From: Catajapyx aquilonaris
Lineage: Eukaryota
Assembly: GCA_000934665.2 (NCBI GenBank)
Contig: JYFJ02002754.1
Coordinates: 1 to 51,554, forward strand
Length of the DNA stretch: 51,554 nt
Direction of reading: 5' to 3'
The notes under the pieces are model-generated. The model saw nothing but the letters and a program-made list of their open reading frames with translations, had not been told where the DNA came from and made no database searches. Each line of letters begins with the position of its first letter. The first letter of the stretch is position 1. Position numbers and translations under genes: made by a program. Of the stretch, positions 1-12,993 are shown piece by piece.

Positions 1-131
1 GCCCGCCGTTTTCAAATATATCAATTTCAAAAGTGAAGATTCAAAGCAATATTTATTAAAAAATAAGTCTCAGTCTTTTTTGATCAGCCCTCGTATATTT
101 GTATGCAAGGGCGCTTTTACATCAAAATAAT

Positions 132-418
132 AATAATATAATAATTCATACCCCGTTATCAGCCATCGGCTCTTTAGGGGGGAAGTTTGTTTTGCCTGGA
201 ACTCTTTGCTTCTCATTTTACTGTGCACTTTGGGATAGGATAGGGACGGAATGAAGCGGCTGTGGCCTATTAATTACGGAAGCAACTCCGGAATTTCCCT
301 GGAAGGACCGTGGGAAACCACAGAAAACCACGGTCAGAGTTGCCGGCCCCGGGATTCGAACCCAGGACCTCCCGATTAGCAGTCGGACGCCTTATCCACT
401 ATGCCAACCTGCTTCGGT
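132..418 (-). mobile_element. tRNA-derived SINE (family A)
   Basis: The minus-strand head has an A box (TGGCATAGTGG) and a B box (GGTTCGAATCC), and the element ends in an AT-rich tail. It is flanked by a 19-bp target-site duplication GCTTTTACATCAAAATAAT (113-131 and 419-437). Confidence 0.9.
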
Positions 419-1838
419 GCTTTTACATCAAAATAATGCTCGTTGCCTAAGTAGGCCATGAAATAAAAAGTGGGTCTTTCCGTGAGAAGTACGGGATTGG
501 CGCATCATGATATGTTACGAAAAAGTCGCGTTTACATCAGGCGTAGCATTACACGGATGACGTGAGATGCCCACCGGCTAGCTGGATGAAGCAGACGATA
601 TTCAGCTGTGGAAGAGGACACTTGGCGTAAGTATTAATTTGTAGGCGACTGATATGGCCATGGGTTAAACCTGTTTACTGACACTAGAAACGCACGTGTT
701 CGCCGAATATAGTAGGTCTACGTCAATTTTAAACGATATCTGGGATACCACCAGTTAATCTTGGTGCGAAATTAACTGGAATGACTATAGTTTTTAAAAG
801 TACCGGTACTGTCTGCAGTATGAAAAATTATGCACAAACGTTCAGGATTACTGAACATGGGACAGCATATTCTGCAGCATGGTAATTTTTAGTCACGTAG
901 GGAGCAATGTTATTAATCAAGTGTTTTCCACTTTTCCTACATGACGTGCTGTATCTAATTGAGTGCAATAATTGAGATTAGCATCAGTAGACTAATATAT
1001 TATAAGGGCCCATTCATTATTGCTTGCCCTTGTCTTACGGACAGGCCATTTCACACATCAACACAATCATGCTCTTTGGTGTAATCAAACTTACATAAGA
1101 AGCCGCAGGCATGGCATACGTGTTGATTTCACGTGTGCACATTACGTAGCATAATATTATTAGTTGCCACTCAGAGAGTTACTATTTTTACGTTTTTTAA
1201 TGCCGGTACTGTATGTACTAACAATAAAAATATAGGACAAGTACCAGCTAATACCTTTAAACAACACATATTTTGGGAAATATTTTTCTGGCAGGATTCC
1301 AACAAAACCAGTTGAATGTGCTGCTGGCATTGATAAGTTACTGATTATCTGTAGTGTATATATTTGGTCAAGGCTACTTGCCGTATACGCAGTCGCTACA
1401 GCTAGGAAATAGAAGCCTCTGCCTGCATTTATTATTTAGTGCAGTTATCCTGAAGAAAATGATCCCGCGCTAGTTAAAATTAGTTAACAGTTGGGTTTCA
1501 GTGATCAGTCTTATATGACAGTGTTGGTGACAGTGGTCAAGCAGTTCACTAAGGTGAGTGACGTCATTTACATTGAGAATATACTGTATAGCAGTGAATG
1601 GATCCATACACATAGCACACACCAGTTAGTCATTTATCATTCTGATATCCAGCTTCGAATGTTCTGGTGGTATATACACCATAATTATGTGAAAGAAGCA
1701 GAAAGGTATCCTCTCTAGTCTCTGCCACTTCTAATGATAAGGTTTTGCCCAGCTTTCTTGTGATTGTGGTAATGTTACATATGTCCTGTTATTGCAGTAA
1801 GCCTGCTGCAAAAGGTGCACAACTAAGTCAACGTTACA

Positions 1839-3322
1839 ATGCAGACTAATGAAGCTTACCCTGTAGAAATAGAGATTCCTGTACCTTGGGGCCACGTTTC
1901 AGGTAAGTTTTAGCATTTCTCATTACATTATACTCGTACATTACTGTACCAGGCAGAAAAAAAAAAGTGTTCCAAGCATTGGAGCCTTTTTAGTTATCGC
2001 AAGTTTTGCCCGCAAAGGTAGATTCTCATGCGAAGACCAAATTGCTAAAATGTTTCTAATTATTAGAAGGAACATAAAATGAAGCCGAGAAGGGAGGCGC
2101 ATCCTTTTACCACCCTGTAGAGCTTATCTTTTTAAAACACACTTTAATACTTTGTCAATTTGGGGAGGTAGGCAAGGATTGGGGACCTCCAACTGGAAAG
2201 CCTCTTCTGGGCCTGCATGGCTGGCAGGACAACTCTGGCACTCTTGACCTTCTAGCACCACACGTTCCTGGTGAATGGCGACTAATCGCCATTGACTTCC
2301 CTGGGCATGGACATTCCTCCCACCTACCCTCAGGTATGCCCTACGAGCATCTGGGGGACGTGGCCACAGTTCGAAGAGTGGTGAAGCATTTTGGATGGTC
2401 GTCGTTTAGCGTGCGTATATGATTGTGTATCTGATGAAGCATTACGAAACATCCTTCGTCTGTATTCACGGTCCACATTATGATTGTACAACATTCTCTT
2501 GATGTAGATAATGGGACACAGCATGGGAGCAGGGATAGGGCTTCTGTATGCCAGTTTATTTCCAGAAGAAATAGAGAAACTGGTCCTTTTGGATGCCGTC
2601 AGAATAACAACTGGAGAGTCTCGCAAGGGACGGAATATGCCAATGAGCACCGGCGATCGCATTGATGCACAGATAGAAACTGAGGTCAGATAATGTCCGG
2701 ACTGTATAGCCTATACGCTCTTTTCTTAACAACTCTGTGCAACAATCATGTCATGCAGGCTAAAATGAATATGAACGGAGCGCCCATATACACTCACGAA
2801 GAGGCGTTTGATCGACTGCTGAAGGCCAATGAAGGTGAACTAATTCCACGTTCAGTCGAGATACTTTTGAAGAGAGGATCCAAACCAGCAGATGATGACC
2901 CTTCTAAAGTGGTATTTACGCGTGACCCTCGCGTTCGAATACCAACCCTGCATCGGATGTCTCATGACCAAATGTTGCAATATGGAACCCGCATGAGGTG
3001 CGTACTACCTACTTGATATCCCTGTGGTTTAGCCTACTTGTACTTATTGTTGTGTTGGTTCAGGTGTGAACTGTTGGTTATAAGAGCGATTCAGCCTCGG
3101 CCGAAAGGAAAAATGTCCAAAGGAGATGAGGACATAGAAGCATACCTGAAACAGAGGGAGAAGAAGGAGAAAGAAATGGTTCAGATGTTTGTGGAAGGTT
3201 GCAGAGGATTTCATTACGTGTTGGTTCCTGGCACTCATTTTGTGCACCTCAATCAACCCGAGGTCGTCTGTCATTACGTTGCATCTTTCCTCAATGAATA
3301 TCACCCAAAAAATAGGCTCTAA
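1839..3322 (+). CDS. Serine hydrolase-like alpha/beta hydrolase (SERHL/kraken family), catalytically intact, ~325 aa
   Basis: Exons 1839-1902, 2172-2410, 2508-2684, 2759-2997 and 3064-3322 join in frame via GT-AG. Motifs: IPVPWGHV, LHGWQDN, IDFPGHGHSS, nucleophile GHSMG, C-terminal GTHFVHL. An in-frame stop at 1824 supports ATG 1839. Confidence 0.9.
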
Positions 3323-6300
3323 ATACAGTAAATACTTCCTGGTGAACCTTGTCTTGCAGTAAAATAAAATGAGGGAAATTCAAGTTGTAAAATCTTAGCT
3401 AAATAATGTTTACTTGAAAGCAATCTTTCCCTTACTGTACATTAGATTGTACCGTTATGCTAGTTCCTATTTATTATTGCCACACTGAGTATTTGTCATG
3501 AGTCTGTAGCATGTGCAGGCATGCTTGCCCGTCAGGTGTCTCATAAAATGACTTAATTGTTGTCTAGTTTCCTTCATCTCTTTTACGAGTGTGGAATGAA
3601 GTTACTGTTAGATGGATAATAAATCAAGTTGTCAAGATGCCGTTGATATTTTGCACTCTCACTTAAGCCACTGTAGGCTATATTCGGCCATAATAACACG
3701 CAATAATAATATTGAACGTGTGAGTGGAAAAAGGATTACATTCAAGTTTTCCTTTTTTATGTGTTTACAAACGAAAGAACCAGTTTTATTGAAAAGGTAT
3801 ATTAGACACTTATTATATAGGCTTCTTCAATTAGTCTTCAGTCCCAAAATAAAAAAGTGAAATGCTCATTAGTTCATGCCTGAATTAATTTCCCACATCT
3901 TCACTCACCCGTTCAAAAGTTAGTGCCATATTCTCATCTTTCCCTTAAGTGACCTCGACACTACATTATTGTATTTTTATATTATCTTCACACATTATGT
4001 TATTTTAAGAAAACCTGTTTAAAAAAAGTGGCCTATATTGTACCTCAACACCTCAACACAAAAAATGGGTTACAACGTAGAGTCAACAGGACATCCTCGA
4101 AGCGTGAGAGGAGCCTACCTATATTACAGCATGAAAGCATTTTTTGACTGTGAATGACCGTAACTGCAACGGGCAATGCGAAAAGAAATTGGGTTTCGGA
4201 TGAAAGGGGGGTAATGTCCCGTTGCCTAGACCCCAAGAACATTCGTTCACACTACAAGTTTGCGGTGGGTGACTTTTGAAAAAACCAAAGACGCGCGCAG
4301 ATTGAAGAAAAGGAATGCATGCATGGTCGACCACACATGTACGCAGGTAGGCCGGTCGGTCGGTCGGTCGGTCTTCTGTTTGCTTCCTCGTCTCTTTCAT
4401 TCGTAGTCTGAAAGTCTCGGAAGTCTCCTTGTAACCCACTTTTGCCCTTTTGTTACTCTCGGCAGTCTGCTGAATGAGGAAGACAGTTGTTCGTAACCCA
4501 TAGAGGAATACTAGTCGTACTTTTCAGTTGGGGGTAAGCTAGTCTTGGGCGTTTATTGAGGACGATGGAAGAAGTGGAGGACCTTGGTTACCTTGCCCGC
4601 TTTTTGTGACAACAGCTGCGATAACCGGTGAGGCAATTTGCTTTCGTTTAAGGCGTACGCAACTGCCTACGCTTTTGCTCTTAGATTATGAAAGGATAAC
4701 ATGGTTTCTTTGTATACTTTCCTATACTTTATTCTGCAAGGTCATACAGGCATGTGGTGGTAAAAACTTATTGTGATCTGTTGCTAAAATACGTACAGCA
4801 TAATATGAAGTAATGCAGTATTTACTAGTGTGTTATTTGCGACCTTGGTGAACGTGCAATTGGGGGAATATTGCAGCATAAATTACTTTCACGTAGCAGG
4901 TGCTTTTGTGGTCAAGTTTATTGGAATACGAAGCGTTATGAGTGTTTTCAGAATAAATCTAGCATTATTACGTTTGAGCATGTTGTCAATGCACCCTCGC
5001 GTAACACTCAGCGCCGTCACAGCTTTTTAAAAATAATTAAATAGCCAATATTAATCATTAAATGCGTGTCCCCTTGGACAATAACACTTTAGTGCTAATA
5101 AAACAGGCATATCACTTACTATCACCATGTTAGCAAGGAATGTTACAAAGCATAATTAATCGTGAATTATAGGAGCCAGAATGTTTGCACGCGAACGTCC
5201 ATAATAATTCATTTAACTGTAGATGGTCATGACTCATAATAATTATCACGTAATAAGTAGGTTATTGCATGATTCAAGATGACTTTTCCAAGGTCATGGT
5301 ATGTATGAGCAACATTTTCATTTGAAAATGCTGCATAACTTGAAATAATTGCACTGAAAGTCTCCGGCAATTCCTCAATATACACAACGCAGTCATCACA
5401 ACCATAAAAATGTTAAACCTGTTCAGACAGAATGTCCAGTAACCCTCCTCCCTAAAATAAGAACATCAACAAAAATCGTCGCTTGATTTTTAAATGCGAA
5501 ATACCGGAACTAACAAACTAACTGCTTTACCTTTAACTAATTCGACTACAAAGAGCTAAATGGCCCCCGCGATATACAGATATTATACGTAGTTATGAAA
5601 CTTTGAAAGTTACTTAATTTCTAATCCACTATGCCTCACATGCAAACACAAGGAAGTGTACAAATATATAAGTCTAATATCACAAGAAAATAATATAAGA
5701 AGTTATCTTCTTTGCGGCCAGAACAAGAGCAACTCATTGCTAGCAGGTCAGTATTTCAAGGCAAGCCTTTGTGAAGGATGATATTTTCACACATTCTAGC
5801 CTTCAAACTACTGCACAATACAAAAAAAGTTAATTTTAGGCAAATAAAACACAATGGGCTCATATCTTACAATCGCACATATGTGATGCGGTAATGAATT
5901 TTTCGAATTGAAGAGTAACAGGATTTGCATGTTGTGCAGCAGAAACATTTGGGCAATGGGCAGTGATTCTACCTAAGTGCAAATAGGTTTTCTGATCCCA
6001 ACATTGTTTTGGTTTATTTATTAACGTCCTCATTAATATCAGTGTAAAATTCAGCCCGTGGCACGTGCCGGTTGGCTTGTCGCTCACTTCCAGTAAAGGT
6101 AGGCTTCTAACTAAATAAGACGGTAACGAGCGATGATAAATTAGGAGTACTGTACCGTAGAGAGGTGGAGAAAAAACGTATAGGTGGAAAAGAAAGCTGG
6201 CAAGGAATTTGCTTATTCTTAAGAGGCGGTGGCGGAGGAGGAGTCGGTGGGGAAAGATGGGAATCTCGTCAGGTGAGTATAAGGTGAGTTTTTGTTGGCT

Positions 6301-6452
6301 TCGTAGGCTGTCCTTGGACACGGAGAAAGTCCTGAGCTCCCGTTCTGCATATATCACGCACACACATGCGCCTTCCATAGCATTGTCTCTGCACCTGTCC
6401 CTCAGCACGTCTTCCTCATCACGACGCAGCATCCCTCAGATCCGCTGTAACA

Positions 6453-8095
6453 ATGGACGGGGACGCCGGCATGGCGAGCAAAGGCAGGAAAAAGCCTGAA
6501 GAAGAAGATGTCGGCCTCGTTCCGTCCACCCTGGGGCTTGGGGTAGGTGTTGGAGTTGGGCTTGGCCTCGGGGCGGTTGACAGCGCTCTCACAACGCTGG
6601 ACCCAACCTTGCTGCTGCCCAGGAGAAGAGCAGCGAAAGACATCCGAGTACCATTACCATGGGGACACATGGCAGGTAAACGAATACCATTACAATATTC
6701 AAACTCACAGTGCGAGTTTCTACACATTAGAGTTTATATTATTTTTATAAATATGGAAATTTCAATTATTGGTTCCAGGAGGCTCGTTACTATCATAATT
6801 ACCTTGAAACACGCCATGAGCCTTTGAATGTAAAATGAAATTGTTACACAATGCAGGTTTAATTTGCGTCTGATATCATTCGATATAACAAGTAGTTGTT
6901 GAGACAGTAAAAGTGTCACAGGGCGTTTTAGTACAAAAGGACTCCGTATTTTCCCTTTTCATTTAAAACTAATTGTCTCAGTAATATTCTGAGACAAATG
7001 ACACGTCGATATAAATGGCCCCTAGATGTATGAGGTATGACTTACTCGTTAGTCATTACGAAACACTGTATTCCCCAGAACTTGGTCAGTATACACCACC
7101 TTGTACTACTACTGTAGATGGTAAAATGACCGTTGCCCCAATTTCAGGGAAAGACTGGGGCGGTGCAAGCAGCAGCGAGGGTTCCCGAAGGCTCCTGGCG
7201 TTGCATGGCTGGCAAGACAATGCAGGTGTCTTCGATCTGATTGTCCCACACCTGCCGGCCAGGTGGAGGCTCGTGGTCCTGGACCTCCCCGGACATGGCT
7301 TTTCCTCGCCCTTTCCCAGAGGAAACCTTCACAATCACCTCGATTTTCTAGCTGCGGTCAAGAGAGCTGTCACTCATCTGGGATGGAGCACTTGCACGGT
7401 ACGCATGTGAGACACCATGAACGTCGAAGAAGTATGTAACTATAGATAATTTCAGATGATGGGCCATGGACTAGGGGCAGAACTGGCTGTCCTCTATGCC
7501 GATCTCTTCCCGAGCGAGGTGCAACAGCTCATCCTTTTGGAGATGGAGTCGTCCACTGAAGCTATGGACCAAGCACAGAGGCTGCTTCATTTCCTATGCT
7601 TGGAGGTGAGCATCCTCGTCACCAATCTTGTTCCACACTGTTCCCATCTGATTCGTGATCCTCTTGTAGAAAGAATGCGCCAGAAGAAGGAACCACCATT
7701 CGCAGCAGGAACCTGTATTCAAATCCTACACCGAGGCTGTGGACCACCTGGTGGAACACAGGGCTGGCCAGCTCAGCCCCTGGGCGGCCCAAGTGCTGCT
7801 CAAGAGAGGTGTGAGGCTGTCCACTTCAGGGCAGGGATATGTGGATTCTCGCCCAGAGTTGCTCCGGAGCTTGCCCTCACCCACATTGCCAGCACAAGAG
7901 CGTAGTTGGCTTCTTCGGAAGATCAAGTGCAGAGCTCTCTTGGTTCAGTCTGGACGAGGGGCCGACTCAGGGGCCGACTTGCCCTCAGTCAGCCGCCTGC
8001 GAGTGAAGGGCACGCCCTTCGCGTTGCTCAACGACCCGGCTCAAATCGGAGCGGCCGTCGCCAGCTTCCTCGACAGACATGGTTGTCGTCTTTGA
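6453..8095 (+). CDS. Serine hydrolase-like paralog, predicted catalytically inactive, ~349 aa
   Basis: Exons 6453-6675, 7148-7398, 7456-7605 and 7670-8095 join in frame. Motifs VPLPWGHM, LHGWQDN and LDLPGHGFSS are kept. The nucleophile elbow reads GHGLG and the His region reads GTPFALL. The start could instead be ATG 6471. Confidence 0.85.
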
Positions 8096-9174
8096 TTGTC
8101 ATTATTGTCATTCGTATTGTACTGCATCAACTTGATATCAGTAATAATAGCTTCTTTACATAGACTATCCCCCTCTTGAACTGGGTACATTAGTATATCA
8201 CATTATTTTGAACTGTTCATTTCACGAACATGTACCGTACCGTATAAAAACACAGAGCCGAAAATACGGCTAAGAAGTGAGTGACTCATTACTCATATTG
8301 CCTTCCGCATTTACATTTTCTGAATGCACTTTTTGTCCCACTTTACTTACCCACAGAGGCGTACAAAAAGTGGCGGTTTGCTTTTTTTTGCTGCTGTTGT
8401 TCCGCCCACCGTCCCCACCTCCTGCTCCTCCTGCCGAAAAGAAAACTTTCTCAACTTCTGCATATTTCCACATTTTTTTCACGGAAAGGTTCCCCGGACA
8501 TCCCCTGTCTTATCGCACACGCTTTGTTTTGAAAAAAGTTAGTGTAGTTTTGCTGTTTTTTTTCCGGAGAGGCGTGGTTGGGGTCCATAATTATCAACCC
8601 GACTCCTCCCATCCCACCTTCTTGATATTGACCAATATGCAGAGAAAAACCACGCAATAATCATAACCACTTCATCTCTGAATAGACATAACAGTGCTCG
8701 ACAGCATGTTGATTGCAGAGGAAATATTGTTTTCACCTTGGGCGAATACTGCTCTTGATAAAAGTTGCAGCCGGTTGCAGCAAGGGCGAACCAACCTTCG
8801 GTTTGGTTTTGTTTAATATTATGACGAAGCCAAAGCAACTATGGCTATCTGGCTGAAGATGCAAAGGTAGTGGGTCAGGTGGAGACAGAAACGAAGCGGA
8901 AAAAAGAAGAGAGGAAAGACGAGTCTCCTACCTCAAAAACCTGTCCGACTTGGGTGGCCCTGCCAGTAAACGAAGCTACCGCCGGCATGTCTCTTCTGGG
9001 TCACGGGAGAAAACCTTCGCATTGAAACATTTTTCCTAGTACAGTATGGCAATGTATAACAGCATGGACACATGCAAATCAGCAAGATTGGCACTTGAAC
9101 CATGTGTTTCATTTCAATAAGTGAACCGTCCGTCATTTCTCATCATTTGAAATCTCCGCGCGCAATCTTGGCCC

Positions 9175-9185
9175 CAAAATGGCGT
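9175..9185 (+). promoter_or_regulatory. YY1/Pho-type motif in the CpG-rich AF10 5' region
   Basis: CAAAATGGCG at the start of a CpG/GC-rich zone (~9150-10010). A second copy lies on the minus strand (GCGCCATGTT) near 9332. Confidence 0.5.
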
Positions 9186-9902
9186 CCATTGCACCTGGCA
9201 CCACTGTTAATCTTCCTTTTTTTTATATCCCTCTTCTTTTTTTTTTGTCTATTTTTTTCCATCTTCCCGCGTTGTGCACCTGGCACCCCCTCCAGTCCCG
9301 CCGCGTGCAGTTGCCAGACGCAGGGGAGTTTGCGCCATGTTTACTATTGTTTGTTGGGTCGTCCCGCTCGTTCCGTGCTAAGGGGTGGGTGGTGCCCCCG
9401 GTTGGAGCTCAAGGGCCGCCCTCGGCTGGAGGAGGATAAGGCGAGAGCGGGCTGGCTGGCTGGCTGCCCCCGGGGCAGGGGGCGGATGGAGGAGTGAGCA
9501 TGGTGGGGCGGGTAGGGCCACCACCGTCGCCGTCGGGATGGCGGCCGCTGCGGTAGGGACGCGGCGGGACAGCAGCACCGCGCCTCCTGGGCTGGTAGCC
9601 ACCACCGTCTCACTGTGGACACCACCGGGCTGGGTCAGTCAGCGTCGCTGGCGTCGGTCCAGCATTCGCCGTCGGGGGGGGAAGGAGGAGGAGGAGGAGG
9701 TGGGGTCGGAGAGGGGGCAGGGGAGAGCGCCAGCGGTGGGGGGGGTCCGGCGCCGGGGCCCTCAGGTCTGGCCCCTGGGCGGCCCAGGGTCTGGAGGAAG
9801 GGCAGCGGGAGCGGGAGGAAGAGGAGGGGGAGCGGACGTGGAGGTGGAGGTGCTTGGGGCAGGAAGTGGGGCGGAAGGTCAGAGGGCGGAGGCCCTGGGA
9901 AA

Positions 9903-12900
9903 ATGAAGGAGATGGTCGGAGGATGCTGTGTTTGCTCGGATGACCGGGGTTGGGCGGAGAACCCACTCGTCTACTGCGATGGACAAGGGTGCAATGTTGC
10001 TGTGCACCAAGGTGGGTGCCAGGGAGACAGGTCATATAATAAAGACACTTGTCGTCATGCTCTTACCATGCGCTTAATGCCAAAGGCTTCTAGGCTGTCG
10101 TTTAGTGCAGGCTGCGCAATTAGTGACAGCTGCGTAAAATACCTTTTTCGAGATGATTATGAAGGTGTATTCCCGAGCTTGAGAGACTTGGTTGTAGCCT
10201 GAGCGATAAGGCAATTATCGAACCATATTCATCTGCAGTATTGGCATATTATTTAGACCGAAAAGTCACAAATTTGTCCAAAACTTTGTTCTCTAAGCTT
10301 GGGTGACACCTTCATGTATCAATGTTGCAGTAAACGAGCCACATAAAGTGTATTTAGTTCATTGGATGGAATACTGAGCTTACATTCTGAAAGAGTCAAT
10401 ATAGAGAAGTGTTCCATGAGCTATTTTGATTGTGGCCCACTTTTCAGGGAGCCAAAAATCAGGTGGCCCACTTTGGCTATGTATTCATAAGCAAATTGTC
10501 ATCACATCGAAAGTTAAGTAATATTAATTGGAATAATTTAATAAATAAGATTTGTTGCCCATTAGTGGATCACATACACAGAACTGCTGATGTAGTGGAT
10601 AAAATGCAGCAAAATCTTTCTGTATGGAACTGTTTAAATTACCAGGATATAATTATATTCAGTCTTCATACTATCAGGATAGTGTGGTGCTTGTGGCTGC
10701 CTTTGTGTATGGAGGACCTAGAGATCAACTGTAACATGGGAAACAATTTACAAGCAATAGAATACCACTAAATATTAAGTTCACTGCAACTGCAGAGGCA
10801 GAGACTTAACAAGCATGATGGTTTTAATTTTTGTGTTCATTCTCTCAACATTTTCCTCGGAAAAGGGTCATCCTATGTGATGAAGCAGGTGATGCAAGTA
10901 AATTAACAATGGAACCCTAATGGCACATTGTATTAGCTATCACCAGATGTGCTTATTCACTATGGAGACACATAATCATGAGCTTTGTAATTGCAATCTC
11001 CTCGGCCTAAGAGTGAAAACACAAATTATTTGAGCTAGGCTTGCCTGAAATCAAGATTATATCAGTTATTTTAGGTACCCATTGTAATGAAAATTAAAAG
11101 TAACAGGTGAGAACTGTCTTAGAAATTTCTCCACCCAATCAGCAAAAACTGAAGGTGCGAATCTAAACTTTTGGCAAAAGATGCAACAACATGACGGCAT
11201 CATGATATGTAACGGATCAACTTGCAATAAAGCTTGCATTGTGAAGCAGAGGCTACCTGCAAGGTGGACAAGTGCAGCTGGTGTACTGGGTGTTTAGCTA
11301 GTGCAGATATGCCAAACCTGTCTGCCACACTGTATCCACGGACTAGAGCAGCAGTCATGAACTGAAGATTTTTTTTCCCCTGGCAGAGACTGGGCAGAGC
11401 GAGTACATGATATGCACATTTGCAATCCAGCAGAATAAATCTGCGAAAACATACATAGCTTGCTAGGTAGCCTGTGGATAGTAAACAAGGGCTCTGTTGT
11501 GGCCAGGTTATTGCGAATTGCGCCGTTGTTTACTATCTGCAGACCACCTAGCAACTAGCGCCTCCTGCCTGACGCGTCTGAGCGCACCTGTTCCGCGTCT
11601 ATTGACTCCCTCTGGAGTCTAGATGGCGTTTCCGGACACTGGTTCCTATGTGAAAAATAATTGTCTTGGTCCCCTGCATTACCCCTAAAAGTGTGTCCCA
11701 AATTACAGGGAACACCCTGTACATGGTCACATTTTTACCTTGAATTGTGCTGAAGAATTAACTTGTGCATTTTTGAAACAGTGAGTGTAACAAGGGAAAT
11801 ATTACTGGATCATGAAGGGTTGTATACAGTTCATTCTTAAAGATAGGTCCTGTGACAGTCTCCTACAATGTGATGAACCTTGTTACACTGTATGCTGTCA
11901 CTTAAAGGCGGCTTTTCTTGAGTTGACTGACTTGTGCCTTTTGCTGCATCACTGATGACCTCTAGAGTGAGATAATGTGTGATATTTTATTAAGCTGTAA
12001 GCATTACACTAGGTCAGTTATCTTTCTCTAGTCGTCTAGTGTATAAGCTATGTACACCGACTAGTGCATCTACGTGAAGGTGGCGATGGGTTCAGAATGA
12101 GGTCACAAGAGGTGGTGTATGGCCTGCCTCACTAGATGCACACATTCACCACATTCTGAATATCTTTCCTCCAGTCACAGTGTAAGATGGAAGCTTAATT
12201 GGGGATAATAAGGTAATAGGCACAGTATATTAATACCATCTTTTTGATGGCACTTTGTCAAAAATGAAGGGACTTCCCTATTTTGTCAGTGGAAAATGTG
12301 ATCATCTTAAAAGGTTTTGTGCTGTAATAATAATTAGTAGTTATGTGCCGGTTGGCATTTTTTGCCTGAACATTAGATCAAATAAGATCCAAAGCACTGT
12401 TTGTGGAGGAAATATGAGTAGCATTGTTAGGAACCCCAGTTGTAATGGCTTCAAATGACATCAGTAATGTAAATATTTTTGTTTTGACAGCGTGTTATGG
12501 GATAGTGACTGTTCCAACTGGGCCATGGTTTTGCCGAAAATGCGAGTCGCAAGAGAGAGCAGCCAGGGTTGTAAGTATCACTTCCTTTCTTTGTGGTGCA
12601 AAGTTATGTATTATTTTTATCTGGTGAAGTGGGACTAGATTACATGGCAAGTAGGTAGCCCATTGTGTTACGAGAGAATAGTGTAATGCTGGCAATGCTT
12701 CAGTAATGGCATAAATGAATATTTTAGGCTGTCAGATAACAGCCACCAAAGCACAGTGTCAATAAGTACTTCTGCCATTTTAGAAGGTTTGTTGAATGCA
12801 TTATTGGTGGAACCAGCTCTTATAGGGCTTTACTATTCATGTCGACAATTATAATTGTGCAGCTTTTCACATAATGAGGCATTTGTAATGAAATAATGCA

Positions 12901-12919
12901 ATGCTGTCCTTACATTTTT

Positions 12920-12993
<74 letters not shown>

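Noticed and set aside
330..418. tRNA gene
   Set aside because: A and B boxes are present, but there is no proper acceptor stem and the sequence is attached to a body, tail and TSD. It is a SINE head; the same applies to ~13190-13260.
586..626. Upstream coding exon for hydrolase 1 (MKQTIFSCGRGHL, donor GTAAGT)
   Set aside because: Spliced to the acceptor at 1798 it is out of frame with the hydrolase and stops at ~1849. At most it is a 5'-UTR exon or uORF.
11286..11719. Tc1-like MITE (TA-CTGGGTGTT ... AACACCCTG-TA)
   Set aside because: Only ~9 bp of imperfect terminal match, so the boundaries cannot be supported.
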